Part shown: positions 39,001-49,274 of the stretch, one piece after another
Position numbering within the stretch: the stretch's first letter is position 1
Layout of the letters: each line of letters opens with the position of its first letter
Assembly (NCBI GenBank): GCA_030704615.1
Contig: CM060731.1
Location: 38,192,001-38,256,000 of the forward strand
DNA from: Takakia lepidozioides
Lineage: Eukaryota > Plantae > Bryophyta
DNA length: 64,000 nucleotides
Direction: 5' to 3'
Position numbers and translations under genes: made by a program
The notes under the pieces: model-generated
Database searches by the model: none
What the model saw: only the letters and a program-made list of their open reading frames with translations
What the model was told of the DNA's origin: nothing

Positions 39001-40927
39001 AGCGTATGTTTGCTCATCTCTAAAGCTTCACTCTTTCTGCCCTCCACCTCTTGTACTGGCTGACATTCATGAAAAGGAAATGCTTCCATCCGTCCCAGTG
39101 CTCTTTATCACAGCAGCAGGGGCAGATCCTTCTCTCGAGCTTGAAGAGTTTGGAATTCGGCAAGTGGGCAAAGCGAGTTATCACCAATTAGCCATGGGAC
39201 AAGGTCAAACAGAGGAAGCTTTGGTTACCCTGCAGGAATGTGCCAAAGTTGGAGACTGGCTTTGTTTGAAGAACTTGCACCTTGTGGTGACTTGGCTTCC
39301 AATTTTAGAGACAGAAATCTTTAGTCTTTCTCCCCACCCCAGGTTCCGCCTGTGGTTGACTTCAGAGCCTCATGAAAAATTCCCAAGAAGCCTTCTTGAA
39401 GCATGTTTGAAGATCACAAGTGAGCCTCCCCCAAGTTTCAAAGACAAACTGCAAGGAATTTATGAAGGATGGACCCAAGAGTACTTCTCAGACAAGCAGC
39501 TCTTTCAAGTGCAGTTGCTGTTTGCATTAGCATTGCTGCATGCAGTGGTCCAGGAGCGATGCATCTACATTCCCCAAGGCTGGACCAAGCTTTATGAGTT
39601 CAGCTTTGCGGACCTTCGTTTGGGAGCAGACATTCTCATTCTGACTACTCGGGAAGGAAGTGCTTCATCATGGGCACATGTTCATGGGTTGCTGACCAAT
39701 GCTATATATGGTGGGCGAATTGACAATGATCTCGATGCTGCCGTACTTCAAGAGTATGTCCACCGCTATTTTTCAACAAGTCTGCTTACAGCTGTGGGGC
39801 CCTCATTTCAGAGTGAGTCTTTGGCCTTTCCAATGCACTCTGCAGATTTGGGGGTGAATATATTTGGGCATGGAGGAGGGACACTGCCCAATTCATGTAG
39901 CCATGCAGACTACATGGAGCTTATAGGCAGCCTTCCAAACATCGATTCGGCTTCCTTGTTGTGCTTGCCTGCAAACATCGAGAGGTCGCTGCAACAAGCC
40001 AGTACTGGCAACCTCGTCGCCAAGCTTAAAGCCATGTCTACAATAAGCATGGCATCTGGTGACTTAGATAAGGAAAGATTTTCTGCACACCTCTCTCCTA
40101 TGCTCCATCTTTGGGAATATGCAGTGCCACGTACATTACATAGACTTACAAAGAGTTACTCCATCAAGATTAATGTACAACCCAAGGACGATTTGTTTCC
40201 CATATATACATTTCTTGTTCAGGAACTGGAACACGCAAATCGCCTTCTCATTGCTCTCAATATGACCTTGTCCGCAATTACTGGTGCTTTGAGTATTACT
40301 CCCTTTCATCCAGATGCCACAACCTTGGCCAACTGCCAGACCTTGGTCTCTGGACATGTTCTGGAAAGGTGGGAGTGTCTGTGGGAGGGCCCTGCTGACC
40401 CTGTTGAATATGTGAAATGTGCGCTACACAAAGCAGACGCTTTGCAGCAGTACTTTGACCTTGCAAATATGGGAGGGATGGAACTACAAGGCCTGGAGCT
40501 CTCCAATTTCTTTCATCCGCACACCTTCCTTAGCTCAATGAGACAACAAGCAGGCCGCATTCTGACTACCACGCTTGACAGTCTAAAACTGATCACCACA
40601 TGGGATGATTCCCTTGTGATAGAACCGTGTAACATTCCCACAGTCAGTGTCACTGCACTAATTGAAGGTGCATCATTTAATGGAAAAACTCTTTTGAGGA
40701 ACTCCACAGAGTCACCACTTTGTTCAGTTGTACCTCCACTCAAGTTAGCATGGGTGGAGAAGGATGCTCCTCATCCCTGCATCTCTCATATTTCAGTACC
40801 TCTGTATGAAACGACCACAAGGTCCAAGCTCGTGGCGAAAGTGCAGGTTCCATGTCCAGAAGAAGATATGCAGCAATGGGTGCTTGCTGGAGTTGCTTTC
40901 ATCTTAAATATCCCGGCCAGTACTTGA
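52..40927 (+). CDS. DYNC2H1: Cytoplasmic dynein-2 (retrograde IFT dynein) heavy chain, 5'-partial; ~45 exons in window
   Basis: Manually spliced exons that stay in phase: 52-267, 1269-1451, 1891-1967, 2027-2120, 2244-2348, 2646-2813, 2945-3055, 5715-5831, 6745-6882, 7170-7297, 7594-7657, 7830-7994, 8233-8325, 8629-8690, 8884-8992, 10730-11053, 11781-12020, 13150-13503, 14541-14621, 16487-16786, 16997-17176, 17367-17453, 18771-18889, 19159-19318, 20828-20929, 21209-21532, 21851-21939, 22264-22410, 25328-25427, 25814-25930, 26678-26771, 27027-27127, 27587-27643, 27767-27853, 28659-28850, 31841-31995, 32594-32663, 32886-32999, 33144-33224, 33487-33840, 34201-34508, 34720-34988, 35307-35602, 35837-36580, 38147-40927. 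Motifs: [45 protein letters not shown] (AAA1), [26 protein letters not shown] (AAA2), [20 protein letters not shown] (AAA4, typical of dynein-2), EIRSLKMPP (stalk/MTBD). Confidence 0.95.
371..470 (-). mobile_element. Short 3' ends of LINE family A with (CATTT)n tails
   Basis: GAAATGAAATGGTGCTTTATAACG...AAAGCTCATAGAGCTTATGGG is the reverse complement of the family A 3' terminus. Confidence 0.75.
596..943 (+). mobile_element. 5'-truncated non-LTR retrotransposon, family B (3' end)
   Basis: Near-identical to the reverse complement of 15186-15537. TSD TCTTAACGTCCA at 575-586 and 942-953. Confidence 0.8.
3329..3888. repeat. Non-autonomous repeat with an internal ~150-bp direct duplication
   Basis: About 3410-3560 is repeated at about 3683-3850 (TTTCCAGCGAC.AAAAGTACTTGAAATTCCATATCTCC...GAGGGCTTTCCAA...TTTGGGAGATCTC). 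Ends read ATC...GAT. Confidence 0.5.
4389..4620 (-). mobile_element. LINE family B 3' end inserted at the edge of an older family A fragment (4650-4830)
   Basis: Matches the family B 3' end. TSD AGGGTGAGAGTGGGTGAGA at 4374-4392 and 4619-4637. Confidence 0.8.
5218..5615 (+). mobile_element. LINE family A 3' fragment
   Basis: [23 protein letters not shown] followed by the 3' UTR and CATTT tail. Confidence 0.85.
9640..9835 (+). mobile_element. Degenerate Ty3/gypsy integrase remnant
   Basis: Frame-broken similarity to the gypsy integrase segment (..[16 protein letters not shown]..): GTGGTGGTGATAGGCTCTCAAAGCAAGCTCATTTCCTT. Confidence 0.45.
11781..12020 (+). CDS. DYNC2H1: Dynein-2 HC exon with the AAA1 Walker A motif
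   Basis: [42 protein letters not shown], flanked by CAG and GT. Confidence 0.95.
13150..13503 (+). CDS. DYNC2H1: Dynein-2 HC exon with the AAA1 Walker B motif and sensor
   Basis: VLVFNCD...[25 protein letters not shown]...IFVTLNP...YAGRSKLP. Confidence 0.95.
15186..16175 (-). mobile_element. LINE family B, ~1-kb 5'-truncated copy (post-RT region and C-terminal Cys/His finger)
   Basis: [15 protein letters not shown]...AVRGEFG...[11 protein letters not shown]...[18 protein letters not shown], typical of the non-LTR ORF2 C-terminus. Ends in GAGTACAATC. Confidence 0.9.
17617..18660 (-). mobile_element. Cluster of nested LINE family A fragments
   Basis: Several GAAATGGTRCTTTATAACGTCCGC termini and RLCPAC/EEHFFF coding fragments. 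Confidence 0.8.
19359..19980. mobile_element. LINE family B copy with a 5' inversion
   Basis: 19359-19540 is the family B 3' end on the - strand. 19541-19980 is upstream family B sequence on the + strand. AGAGAATG is repeated at 19356-19363 and 19980-19987. Confidence 0.8.
22512..23890 (+). mobile_element. LINE family A (RTE/RTEX-like non-LTR retrotransposon), 5'-truncated, retaining the RT core
   Basis: [13 protein letters not shown] and LLYADDVAL reverse-transcriptase motifs; C-terminal [16 protein letters not shown]...CPAC...EEHFFFYCP; 3' stem-loop and (CATTT)n tail; duplicated 3' UTR. The clade assignment is inferred. Confidence 0.92.
26217..26287 (+). ncRNA. tRNA-like Pol III module in the 5' LTR (not a bona fide tRNA gene)
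   Basis: A box TAGCTCAGTGG, B box GGTTCAATCC, cloverleaf with a 1-nt deletion in the acceptor stem. Confidence 0.7.
26428..26499 (+). ncRNA. tRNA-like Pol III module in the 3' LTR
   Basis: 72 nt: acceptor GGACGGG/CCCGACC, D-arm GCTC/GAGC, anticodon arm CCCC/GGGG, T-arm CTAGG-TTCAATC-CCTAG. Confidence 0.75.
29140..30535 (+). mobile_element. LINE family A, second long 5'-truncated copy
   Basis: ORF 29174-30313 is near-identical to 22790-23671 but carries 83 extra codons ([11 protein letters not shown]...YRYQG). Same 3' end and tail. Confidence 0.92.
30875..30946 (+). ncRNA. tRNA-like Pol III module in the 5' LTR
   Basis: 72-nt cloverleaf-like sequence with an intact A box and B-box variant GGTTCCATCC. 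Confidence 0.7.
31096..31167 (+). ncRNA. tRNA-like Pol III module in the 3' LTR
   Basis: 72-nt cloverleaf-like sequence with intact A and B boxes. Confidence 0.72.
35837..36580 (+). CDS. DYNC2H1: Dynein-2 HC exon (AAA5)
   Basis: [44 protein letters not shown]. Confidence 0.93.
36808..37822 (+). mobile_element. Tandem/nested LINE family A 3' fragments in the last dynein intron
   Basis: At least four family A termini (about 37140, 37220, 37390, 37810) plus Cys/His-finger coding fragments. Confidence 0.85.
38147..40927 (+). CDS. DYNC2H1: Dynein-2 HC terminal exon (AAA6 and C-terminal domain)
   Basis: 2.78-kb uninterrupted ORF: [52 protein letters not shown]; stop TGA at 40925-40927. Confidence 0.95.
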   Translation, partial: SEEQLRLQLLELEKQLLAELAMSQGDILENQTLIDSLKETKVKSSSIEESLQNLTTLQSHLHVKSNAYEPYARMGSLLFFLLRDLVILNPMYCFGLPLFLRLFETALGGEPSSDTMTNQSSKEDQDDSAAWIDTRISQLSGSLIELIYSHICRSLYEIDHLIFGMHLAQNLSMLDKPSTLELDLFLRHLAVGGAISEQDIPFSERVPMPSWIPAGRTRAFTVLQAALPSLVQSLNMHTSKIWTPWISDPTCDTKFPDIVIHRASSFQKLLLVEALRPDRLEPAMKAYVCSSLKLHSFCPPPLVLADIHEKEMLPSVPVLFITAAGADPSLELEEFGIRQVGKASYHQLAMGQGQTEEALVTLQECAKVGDWLCLKNLHLVVTWLPILETEIFSLSPHPRFRLWLTSEPHEKFPRSLLEACLKITSEPPPSFKDKLQGIYEGWTQEYFSDKQLFQVQLLFALALLHAVVQERCIYIPQGWTKLYEFSFADLRLGADILILTTREGSASSWAHVHGLLTNAIYGGRIDNDLDAAVLQEYVHRYFSTSLLTAVGPSFQSESLAFPMHSADLGVNIFGHGGGTLPNSCSHADYMELIGSLPNIDSASLLCLPANIERSLQQASTGNLVAKLKAMSTISMASGDLDKERFSAHLSPMLHLWEYAVPRTLHRLTKSYSIKINVQPKDDLFPIYTFLVQELEHANRLLIALNMTLSAITGALSITPFHPDATTLANCQTLVSGHVLERWECLWEGPADPVEYVKCALHKADALQQYFDLANMGGMELQGLELSNFFHPHTFLSSMRQQAGRILTTTLDSLKLITTWDDSLVIEPCNIPTVSVTALIEGASFNGKTLLRNSTESPLCSVVPPLKLAWVEKDAPHPCISHISVPLYETTTRSKLVAKVQVPCPEEDMQQWVLAGVAFILNIPAST

Positions 40928-42320
40928 GCAACAACTGCAAAATCTCAGCAGCTATTTTCATGCTACAAACAAGTTCCTGTTCATTTCAAGTTACAACAGT
41001 CTGGCTACCTTGTCCAAAGTAGATCAGATCATTGATGATTATTGAGAGTTGGAATTATAGTTGTTGATCATATGATGATGGTGAACATACAGCAGTATGT
41101 TTGCTTTGCAGTTGCCATGATGTATTGTATCATATTATGACATGGGAATTACTAAGTTTACTAACAGGCTGGGAGCAAGTTCTGTTTAGAGCCCAACATA
41201 TTTCTTTGCAGAAGTTTAAAGCAATGTATGTCTTTTGTTCATCCACAGGTGTAGTGTATAATTCAAATGTACACATTGTCTGCTACCAACATAGACCATT
41301 GAGTATCCTTTAATGGATCTGCGAACTGAACAATATTATGTAGCAACAGAAAGCTGCATGGCTTATGGCTTTTAGCTTCACCAGAATGAGACAATCAGTC
41401 TCACCAGATTTTCGATAGCATGTTGCTGTAAATTAGTTCATTTTTTATGGCTTGATAGATCCTGTGAAAAAATCTAAGGCACAGGGGATATTAATGTAGT
41501 CAGGTCATGGGAAGAGTGGATTCCACGACTTACCCAAATTCCAAAACTGTAGGGGGTTGAAATGGCCTCCATAACAAAGGCTTCAATTGTGGTTGCATGG
41601 AGTCTATTCAATTGCTTTGGTCAGGTGCAGCTATGTAGTGCAGGGCACTGTAAAAATGTTTCCATCACTTACCCAAGTTCCCAAAATCCACCTTCATTCT
41701 CATCGGACAAAAGCTACACTTGCATGGAATGTTACTTAAACTTCAGTGTTATTTCCCACATGTTGATCACCCTGGCATATGTTCCATGACCTTGGGCGCA
41801 CCCTTCTGTGGAGCCTGCAGCAACAAAAGGGATTCTACACTCCACTATTTTACCTAAATCAAATGGAAGAGTCTGCTTTCATACTTTCATAGAAATCTAA
41901 CCATTCAAATTCAGTGGAAGAGAGTTGTTGAGGACCCCAAGGTGATACATTCATACCATAAAGTACTTACTTGGCAGTTAACACAAATCTAAATTCTGAG
42001 GATGCGCAGAGGACCAGTTAATAGGAATAGAGTCTCTACACCAAAGCACCTCCGGAATAGCTGGTTTCCAAGTGCATGTCTACCATCACCAGATTTTCCT
42101 TGCAGAAGGAGTTGCAGACAACTCCAAAGAACACAGCCTTGAGATAAAAAAACCCTGCGGTTGTCACGCATTACTGGCACTCTCCTGATAAATCTTCAAT
42201 GCGCTCATACAACTCACCCCATGCTTGAACTTCAATTTGCCCAGAGAGAACATGTCTCCTTCCCCTCCTCAAAAGTGCATGGGATACAACTACTCACAAG
42301 AGCTGCGAAACAAGACTCCC

Positions 42321-45300
42321 TTATGGATGAAACCATTCACCATTGAGGAAACAGTGGAAGAATTTTGAGTTGGATGCCACAGCATAAAACACTGCACCAC
42401 CACAAACTCACGTGGTCAAGAACCAAGGAGATCCTGGAGTATTCATAGCCTACAGATTGTTATAGCAATGATGCACAGTGAGACCAGCCAGTCGCAACAT
42501 CAACACAGAAATAAATCATGTCCCTTGTTGATATACAAACAACAAGAGTTTTGAGAAATCATAAAAGTCATGGGGAGAGAGGTGAACATGGTGGGGATTA
42601 GAATAGCACCTGGAATTCCCGGCACAACATGGTCACTGTGAGAGAGCACTGTGGAGAGGGTCTCCCTTTCATCTACTTTTACCCAATACTTCTCTTGTGT
42701 ATCTACGGAAAGAAAGTCACATTAGGCCCTCTACTTTTACACTGCTACGGCGACATGGGACCTCAATACTAGAGGACGAGACATGCAAACAAACAAGGGA
42801 CCCAATCCTTCTGTCAAAACCCATGTTCACTACTGAAGTTGCCTGATATTGTGAGAATTATAACACAAGAGCGTCCCCAGAAAAAATGATAAATTGCCAT
42901 GACCATTACTCAGCTACAATGAAAGACCTACAACAGCACTGATATATATAGTCAAACGTTCAGAGCTTAACTTGCCTGGATCTCCTACGTCATCTGGTTC
43001 AAACCCATCCTCCAAGAAGTGCTGCAGAAGTTGCTTCCTTGAAAGGGTTGGGCCAATATTTGCCTGAACTTTCACAGCCTTGTCATATAGTGCACTCATG
43101 TGCATAAAGAAAATTCAGCTGTAATTAGATTTTAACCCCGGCTGGACATGCTTGTCTATCACAACCAACCCTTTGAGCCAAAGCTGTACCTAGTCCATAA
43201 TTCAAACGTTCAAGGTAAAACACTCATAAATACTAAAAGACATGCACCAAAGAGCACGTAGCAATCACTGGAGGGAAGCTCAAGACGCAGACAGGTTTGA
43301 CAATTAGACACAGCAGTGGAGAGACAGCTGTGTTAGATATTCCTAAACTTTCCCCCAGCTAAAAAGCATCAAACCAGCAACGCGAACCATCACAACTAGA
43401 ACTATAATGGCTCTGTACAACATGTTGCCATGCATCTACACAAGAATTGAGTTGCTGGATTCGTCAACTTTTGCAAGCCTCATGTTAAGTGTCACTAAAG
43501 CAGCAATTTTACCTGATAGTATAATTCCACCCTATCACGTGTATAGTCGTGCCTCCAATCCCAAGCTAGTTGGGGTGCATCTTTTCCAAACATGTTAACC
43601 ATCATTAAAAAACTCACAATTACATTTCTTGCCCATGAGGCGACACTCGCTCAACCAACTGACTTACATCGAATCTGACATGGGAAATAGGGCCTGCAAC
43701 ATGGCGCTGGATTTGACCTTCACTGAACAATGCATGTAGACTAGAGCTTGTTCACCACCATAAGCCTTCTGGCAAACTAGCCAAAGAAACCTTCTCCAAT
43801 AGTCATGGCTAAACTCTACCCTCATATAGAATGCAGGATGGAAAGAAAGGACTACCCACAAACAAATGGTGCATCAAAGCGGCTAGACATATCAATATGC
43901 ATCAACAAGCTGGGTTATGATTGACCGAGCTAAAACAATACAATATTCATATGCATATTGTGTTTGCAATCACTGCAAAGAGAGGATATGAGGTCGAGCT
44001 GTGTGCAGAACATGTCAGTCTCCCAAAAGTCCTCAATAAAGTCCGTTTCCATCGTCTCCGGATACAAAAGCAGCACCGGCCAATGCAGCATGCCGCTGCT
44101 GTCTAGCCATGGCTTGCAACTCCTTGACGGTTGCTTGTAGCCTGAACTCCCCACTCGCTGCTTCCTACTCTCCAACGCCAATACCAGGGCCTGCATTCAC
44201 CCCAGCATCCAACTACTTTCAAAATTTACGTTCAAAACCTTTCATGAGCCTCCACTGCCTCCATCAGCAGTCTCCAAGACAAGTACCGACAAACATTCAA
44301 CAGTAAAGCACATTATGTTTTTGTCTTTCCTGAGAGTACAGAGAGCCACCTCTGATCCTCGGGACATTTGTAAAGGGAATGAATCACTCGTTTAAACAAG
44401 AAATCCACTGCAATGAAAGAGTTGAACACATACTTCAATTTCCCCCACTTTCTAGTACTTGCCTTTGTAAAGGACTGCAACAGAACTGACTGGACAGCTT
44501 GTCTTGTCCAAAGTGGCCCCTAGTGAGCCTGTCAGTCATTGCAAATAAGCTCATGATGAAGTCACAAAGGCGTCTCAGTTTTCTGCTGAAGTATCTGGCC
44601 CACTGACCTCAGCTGCAGATTGAGCTACCGTTGTCCGCTTACTGCGAGCAACTTCCTCAGCATGCATCTTCTCCACTTTGTCTCCCAACCTCTCAAGTTC
44701 ATGATTGGTGGAGTCCAGCTGTAAACCTCTGTTGCAGTATTGAGATGCTTCAGGTAGCAATCCAAGGGCTAGAGCAGCTTTAGCTCCACGGAAGTATGCC
44801 TGCACATGGTCAAAGTTGTGACAGGTTGCATGATTCACATAGAAAACACTTCCCATAAGAAGAATTTCGGGATTTAGAGTAGTTGATGAGGCACACCTTG
44901 TTGGCTTTACTATCATACAAGGATACAAATGAATCAACAAGCAACCAATGTAGTACCAAGGTACGCAACACATTGTGCTTACTCATAGAGACATAGATGA
45001 CAGGTGACATCAAAGTCTAGCACCCCACAGAGAGAGGAAGCAAGACAGGAACTACTTTAGAACATTCACAGGGAGCCCAAAGAGCTATGGGACAAGACTT
45101 GCCAACATACAAAGAAACAACAGCCTGAAAGGCCTCAGGGGCCTATTCAAAGCTTTTGTCACTCCCATCAACAGAGCTTCTTTGCCACCCTGCTCCAGTA
45201 CACCAGAAGTGTAGAGATACCACACTGCAATTGACCCTCTAGCATGCCAAGCTAATAAGGCTCCTACTCTAGAAAATAAATCATTCCAATTACAACTTTA

Positions 45301-46089
45301 ACGGAAAGTATCTTGAAACTAGATAATGAAGTTCTGTGATTGTCTGCTAGGACTTGAATGAGTATAAAACTATAACTGAAAACCTTCCTCAACTGAAGTG
45401 TAGGAATTTTCCACATAGTACTGGCGGAATGTTTGAATGCTTTCCTAACCACCTTTAAATTTGAGTCATTCGCTTTGATTGCTTCTCCAGCATCCATTAA
45501 GGCTCGTCGATTATTCCCCAGAAGCAAATGTACTTGCGCCCTGTTGGAGTAGCAGATTGAATTGTGCAGAACATTTGAGCTCTTTTGATCAATGGCCCGA
45601 GTATAGCAATCAAGTGCATCCTTGTAGTGATTTTTACCCATCTTTAAATACTCATTTCCCTGCTCCTGCAAGCGACAAAGTATATTTGATGGAAAGGTTA
45701 CCATTTCACAGTCTAGATCTCGCCAGCACGTTGTCTTACGGGGTATAGTGGTCTACACGCATCTTTCATGGTTGTTGTAAGGGGCAAGCAAAGTTCTAAA
45801 GAAATGAAGGTAATCCTACCCATCAACATTCCATTGCTGGACCCTCCAATTATCACCTCTTTCAATCCAAGAAACTCCACTGAAGCGCATCGACTCCGAA
45901 AGGACAGGAACCCAGTGTGAGCCGCATCTTTCTCTCTCACCAAAAAACCTCATACATATTACCAAATAGACCTGAAAGGCTAACCTTGAATTCGACGGCA
46001 GAACTTTCCCGAATTGCAGTGATGGCTGCCAAATCTGCCTTCTCCTCCTCAGTGGCAGGCTCCGAACCAGGTTGCATCCAGAGTGCCAT
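42321..46089 (-). CDS. TTC4: TTC4/CNS1-like TPR co-chaperone (plant TPR2-type), 8 exons
   Basis: Exons 46089-45985 (MALWMQPGSEPATEEEKADLAAITAIRESSAVEFK), 45665-45453 (EQGNEYLKMGKNHYKDALDCYTRAI...SNRAQVHLLLGNNRRAL), 44799-44608, 44190-43990 (LHWPVLLLYPETMETDFIEDF), 43593-43513, 43063-42976, 42702-42610 (HVVPGIP), 42391-42321. Phases are consistent. Confidence 0.92.
43594..43989 (-). other. U12-type AT-AC intron in the TTC4-like gene
   Basis: 5' site ATATCCTCT, branch-like TTTTTTAAT about 10-18 nt from the end, terminal AC. Removal gives in-frame QLDL|MFGKDAPQLAWD. Confidence 0.85.
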
Positions 46090-46484
46090 CCCTGCGTGCT
46101 TCTCAGCGCGTGCATCACTACCCCATACTCACCTTAGCACGCAGCACCATCGCCTCCACAACTCCACATCTAAACCCCTGCAACAAAACCCCCAAACCAA
46201 GCCCTAATCATATTTCGTTGCAATTAAATAGTGGGTGGCCACATTCTAGTCTGGAGACTTCACATTTTGCACCCACTTGTTTGCGTAACCACAGACCGCT
46301 GACTTTCTGCTGGTGATGACATATTGTCCATCATGGATTGGAAGTGAAGCCGCTTGCTTGCCTTCTCAGTGGTCGGGGATCCATGGGAAAGGTACTGTGA
46401 ATGGCATGTCCAGTACATGGAAAGACACTGGGGAAATGCACTGTTTGTTTTTTGTTTTGTTTTCTAAACAGGGGACATTCAATT

Positions 46485-47065
46485 AGAATGTACTCGTTTG
46501 CTGTAGCCTTGTGGGCATAGACCTCACACCCACTTTGGGCAGGAATCGACACGACCTTTGTAGTAGTGGGACTAACCGTAAAATGAACAATTTCTTCAGG
46601 CTTCCCAGATTTCCTCTTGAAGGCCTTTCACACAAGCATCAATTTGATTTAAGCTCAGCCTCGAGATCTTGAAAGTTGGTGAACAAAGGTGCAGGGACTA
46701 TGCTCTTGATGGTCCTAAACAGGGTCGCTCTCTGATGAGAATATTTCGAACATTGTGTCAGAAATCGATTTTGTCTTCAGTCCGCCCGCACATCGGGCAG
46801 GGTAGGTAGGCCCTTCAGGTCATCTTGAAGGTCCTCACCCACGTCACCGACTGGGATAACTTCGTTTTGTTCGGAAATTCTTCATGCTTCCCAGCTGGCC
46901 TACAATTCGGATTCCAACTCAGCTTCATCTAGCAGGGTCAGCTCTTCCTTCCTGATATTGATGTACTTGACAATCTGCTCTACTCTTTTTTCGTCTGGAC
47001 TTAGCTGTTTAATAGGGCAGTCTTGCTTACAAGAAATAGAGTCGATCATCTTAGGGCTATTAGGC
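46485..47065 (-). mobile_element. Degenerate LINE family B-related copy
   Basis: Diverged match to 15190-15945 (GTAGCCTTGTGG, CACACAAGCATCAAT, ATAGAGTCGAT). Confidence 0.65.
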
Positions 47066-47253
47066 ATCCTGATCCCAATTAGAGACTTATGAGAAGGCAG
47101 ACAGCAGCGCTGATCGTGAACAAGTTATGACATCAATCCCCTTTCGTAAATTTTGTTTTGCTAGTGCCAATCCAACTCCTGCATTCACACATGGCCACGT
47201 CCTAGTCAGACTGTTCGGTCTGATGCAACTTCCGTTGATCATTACAAATGCAG

Positions 47254-49274
47254 GAGTAGCAGGGCAAGAGCAAACCTAAACATTCTAGCCCTCATGGTTA
47301 TGCAGCAAAGGTCCGTTCCATTCACAAGACACAATGAAGTGGGAATGAGGAGGACGCTGGTGGTGAGGAGGCTGCGTTGGAGGAGAAGCACTATAAGGAA
47401 AAGGTTGAGGAGATTATGGCAAGGCGAAAGGAGACCTCCCAGGAGGTGATTCAGAACATGATGGGAGGTCGCCTGGCGATTCCCCTTTGTAGGATGATTT
47501 CCATGCAAGTCGTCAGACCTACCATCCCTCGTCATATTCAGAAACTGGAGAGTGACTTTGTCCATGGGTACATCATCGGATTGCCAGCGTTCTTTGTGTC
47601 CACCAGAGACAGAACTGGTATCGAGACAGAGGTGGATGAGACATTGAAGCCTCAATGGGATCCTTTTTGGGTGGAGGTCAATGATGAGTTTGAGGCAGAG
47701 CTTTATGAGGATGTTCAGACCCGACCCTTGATGGGCAAGATGTTTTATGTGTGGGATGGGAATCATAGGTTGCTTGCTTGGATGGGGTACATTGCGAGGA
47801 TGCGGTCAACTAACAAAGATGCGCAGGTGAGGGTGGACTCTATCGTTGTAGACCCCCAAAACGACGACATGGCAGAACTTCTTGCAATCATGCATGACAT
47901 GAACAAGTAGGTGTCATTATCCTGTAGTTCCAATGCTTCAATCTCAAGAGCAAATTGAGTTAACATATATATGATATGCATTGTACTTACATGCAACTTA
48001 TATTCTGTTTTGTGCAGGGGGACAGCGCTTGTTAAAATGAACTTGGTGGACACACTTTATAGAATGCAGAAGATCGGCACGATGCCTCTCCATTCCTTCA
48101 AGGATGTTCTGTCATCAGATGTGTACAGGAAATGTAAGATCATGAAAAAACTCGACAAGTGGTACAGCCTTACGAGGGACGCATTCTTGGAGTATTTGTA
48201 CTCCGTAAGTATCATATAGCCTGTTCGTTTGATTGTGGAGTGTCTGTAGTTTATATTTTGATTGACAATGTCTCATGCCATCTGTGTGTTCATTGCAGCA
48301 AGAGATTACAGAGGCTGGGCAGAGAGGAAAATACTCCTACTATGCTTCTGTCACTGAGGAGAAGAGGACTACGGAGGGTGTTGCAGCTGCCATTCGTCGC
48401 GGGATGGAGGACAAACGATGTAGCCTGATGAGTGGATTCATAAAACAACTACGGATTGCAGACCCGACATTAACCCCCGAGTTCTTGAACCAGATCAAGG
48501 TGCACTGGAGCAGGGTGTCAAAACCCGAGATGACTCAAGAGATCAGGAAGTCCAAGAGCACAATATCCAGATGCTCGAGGCTAGGGAGCCTGTCCAGCAG
48601 CCTACTCCCTCCAAGCAGGAGAAGACAAAACGTGCACGCAAAGAGGTTCCTCCACCGCAGACCGATCATCCACAGGTTGATTGTCCCCGGCCAAACAATC
48701 CTGACTTTCAGAGTCACAGAGATGGGCACCAGGACAGGAGGATGCCGACTGATCTGCATCCTTACGATGCCTTTGTCCATCCTGCTCGAGTTCTTGGTCT
48801 CTTCCAGACTAAGACAATCAATGACAGCTTCCTTGGTGTGATGGAGACGAGGCGCACTTCATACCAGGGAGTTCCCTCCCCTGTCTGGGAGAGGATCTCC
48901 TCCTTTCTAACTTTGGTGTGGTTTCAATCCCCTCTTCAACTCTTCAGTTCCATTATTCATAACATTTGAGGTGGTCTATAAGCAATTAGTATCAACCTGT
49001 CTTGCCTTGTCAAGTGGCTCACTGGCTGGCATTTTTCCCGCAGGTGAGTAACGGCCGTCAATCTTGGGTGAATGGCATGAGAAAACCCTTTGCCGCTGAC
49101 CTCGTCATCCTCGATGTTCCAGAGGATTTTTTGCATACGGACTTCCTCCAAAGTTCCCCCATGTCTTTCATGCTCCGTGTTTATGTTGAGGCTCTCACAG
49201 GACACCTCTCAGCATTCTCTTCATCTTGCCTTCGTACATCGAACCATTCTATTAGAGGCTCAGCTTCCAGGTAG
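47254..49274 (+). pseudogene. Spliced, frameshifted gene with a ParB/sulfiredoxin-like domain; probably TE-associated
   Basis: FYVWDGNHRLLAW fits the ParB/Srx DGxHR motif. Exons to 47906, 48018-48204 and 48299 onward have GT-AG junctions; frameshift near 48570; downstream ADLVILDVP. Confidence 0.55.

Noticed and set aside
38650-40743. Antisense ORFs within the dynein terminal exon
   Set aside because: Short shadow ORFs with no recognisable motifs.
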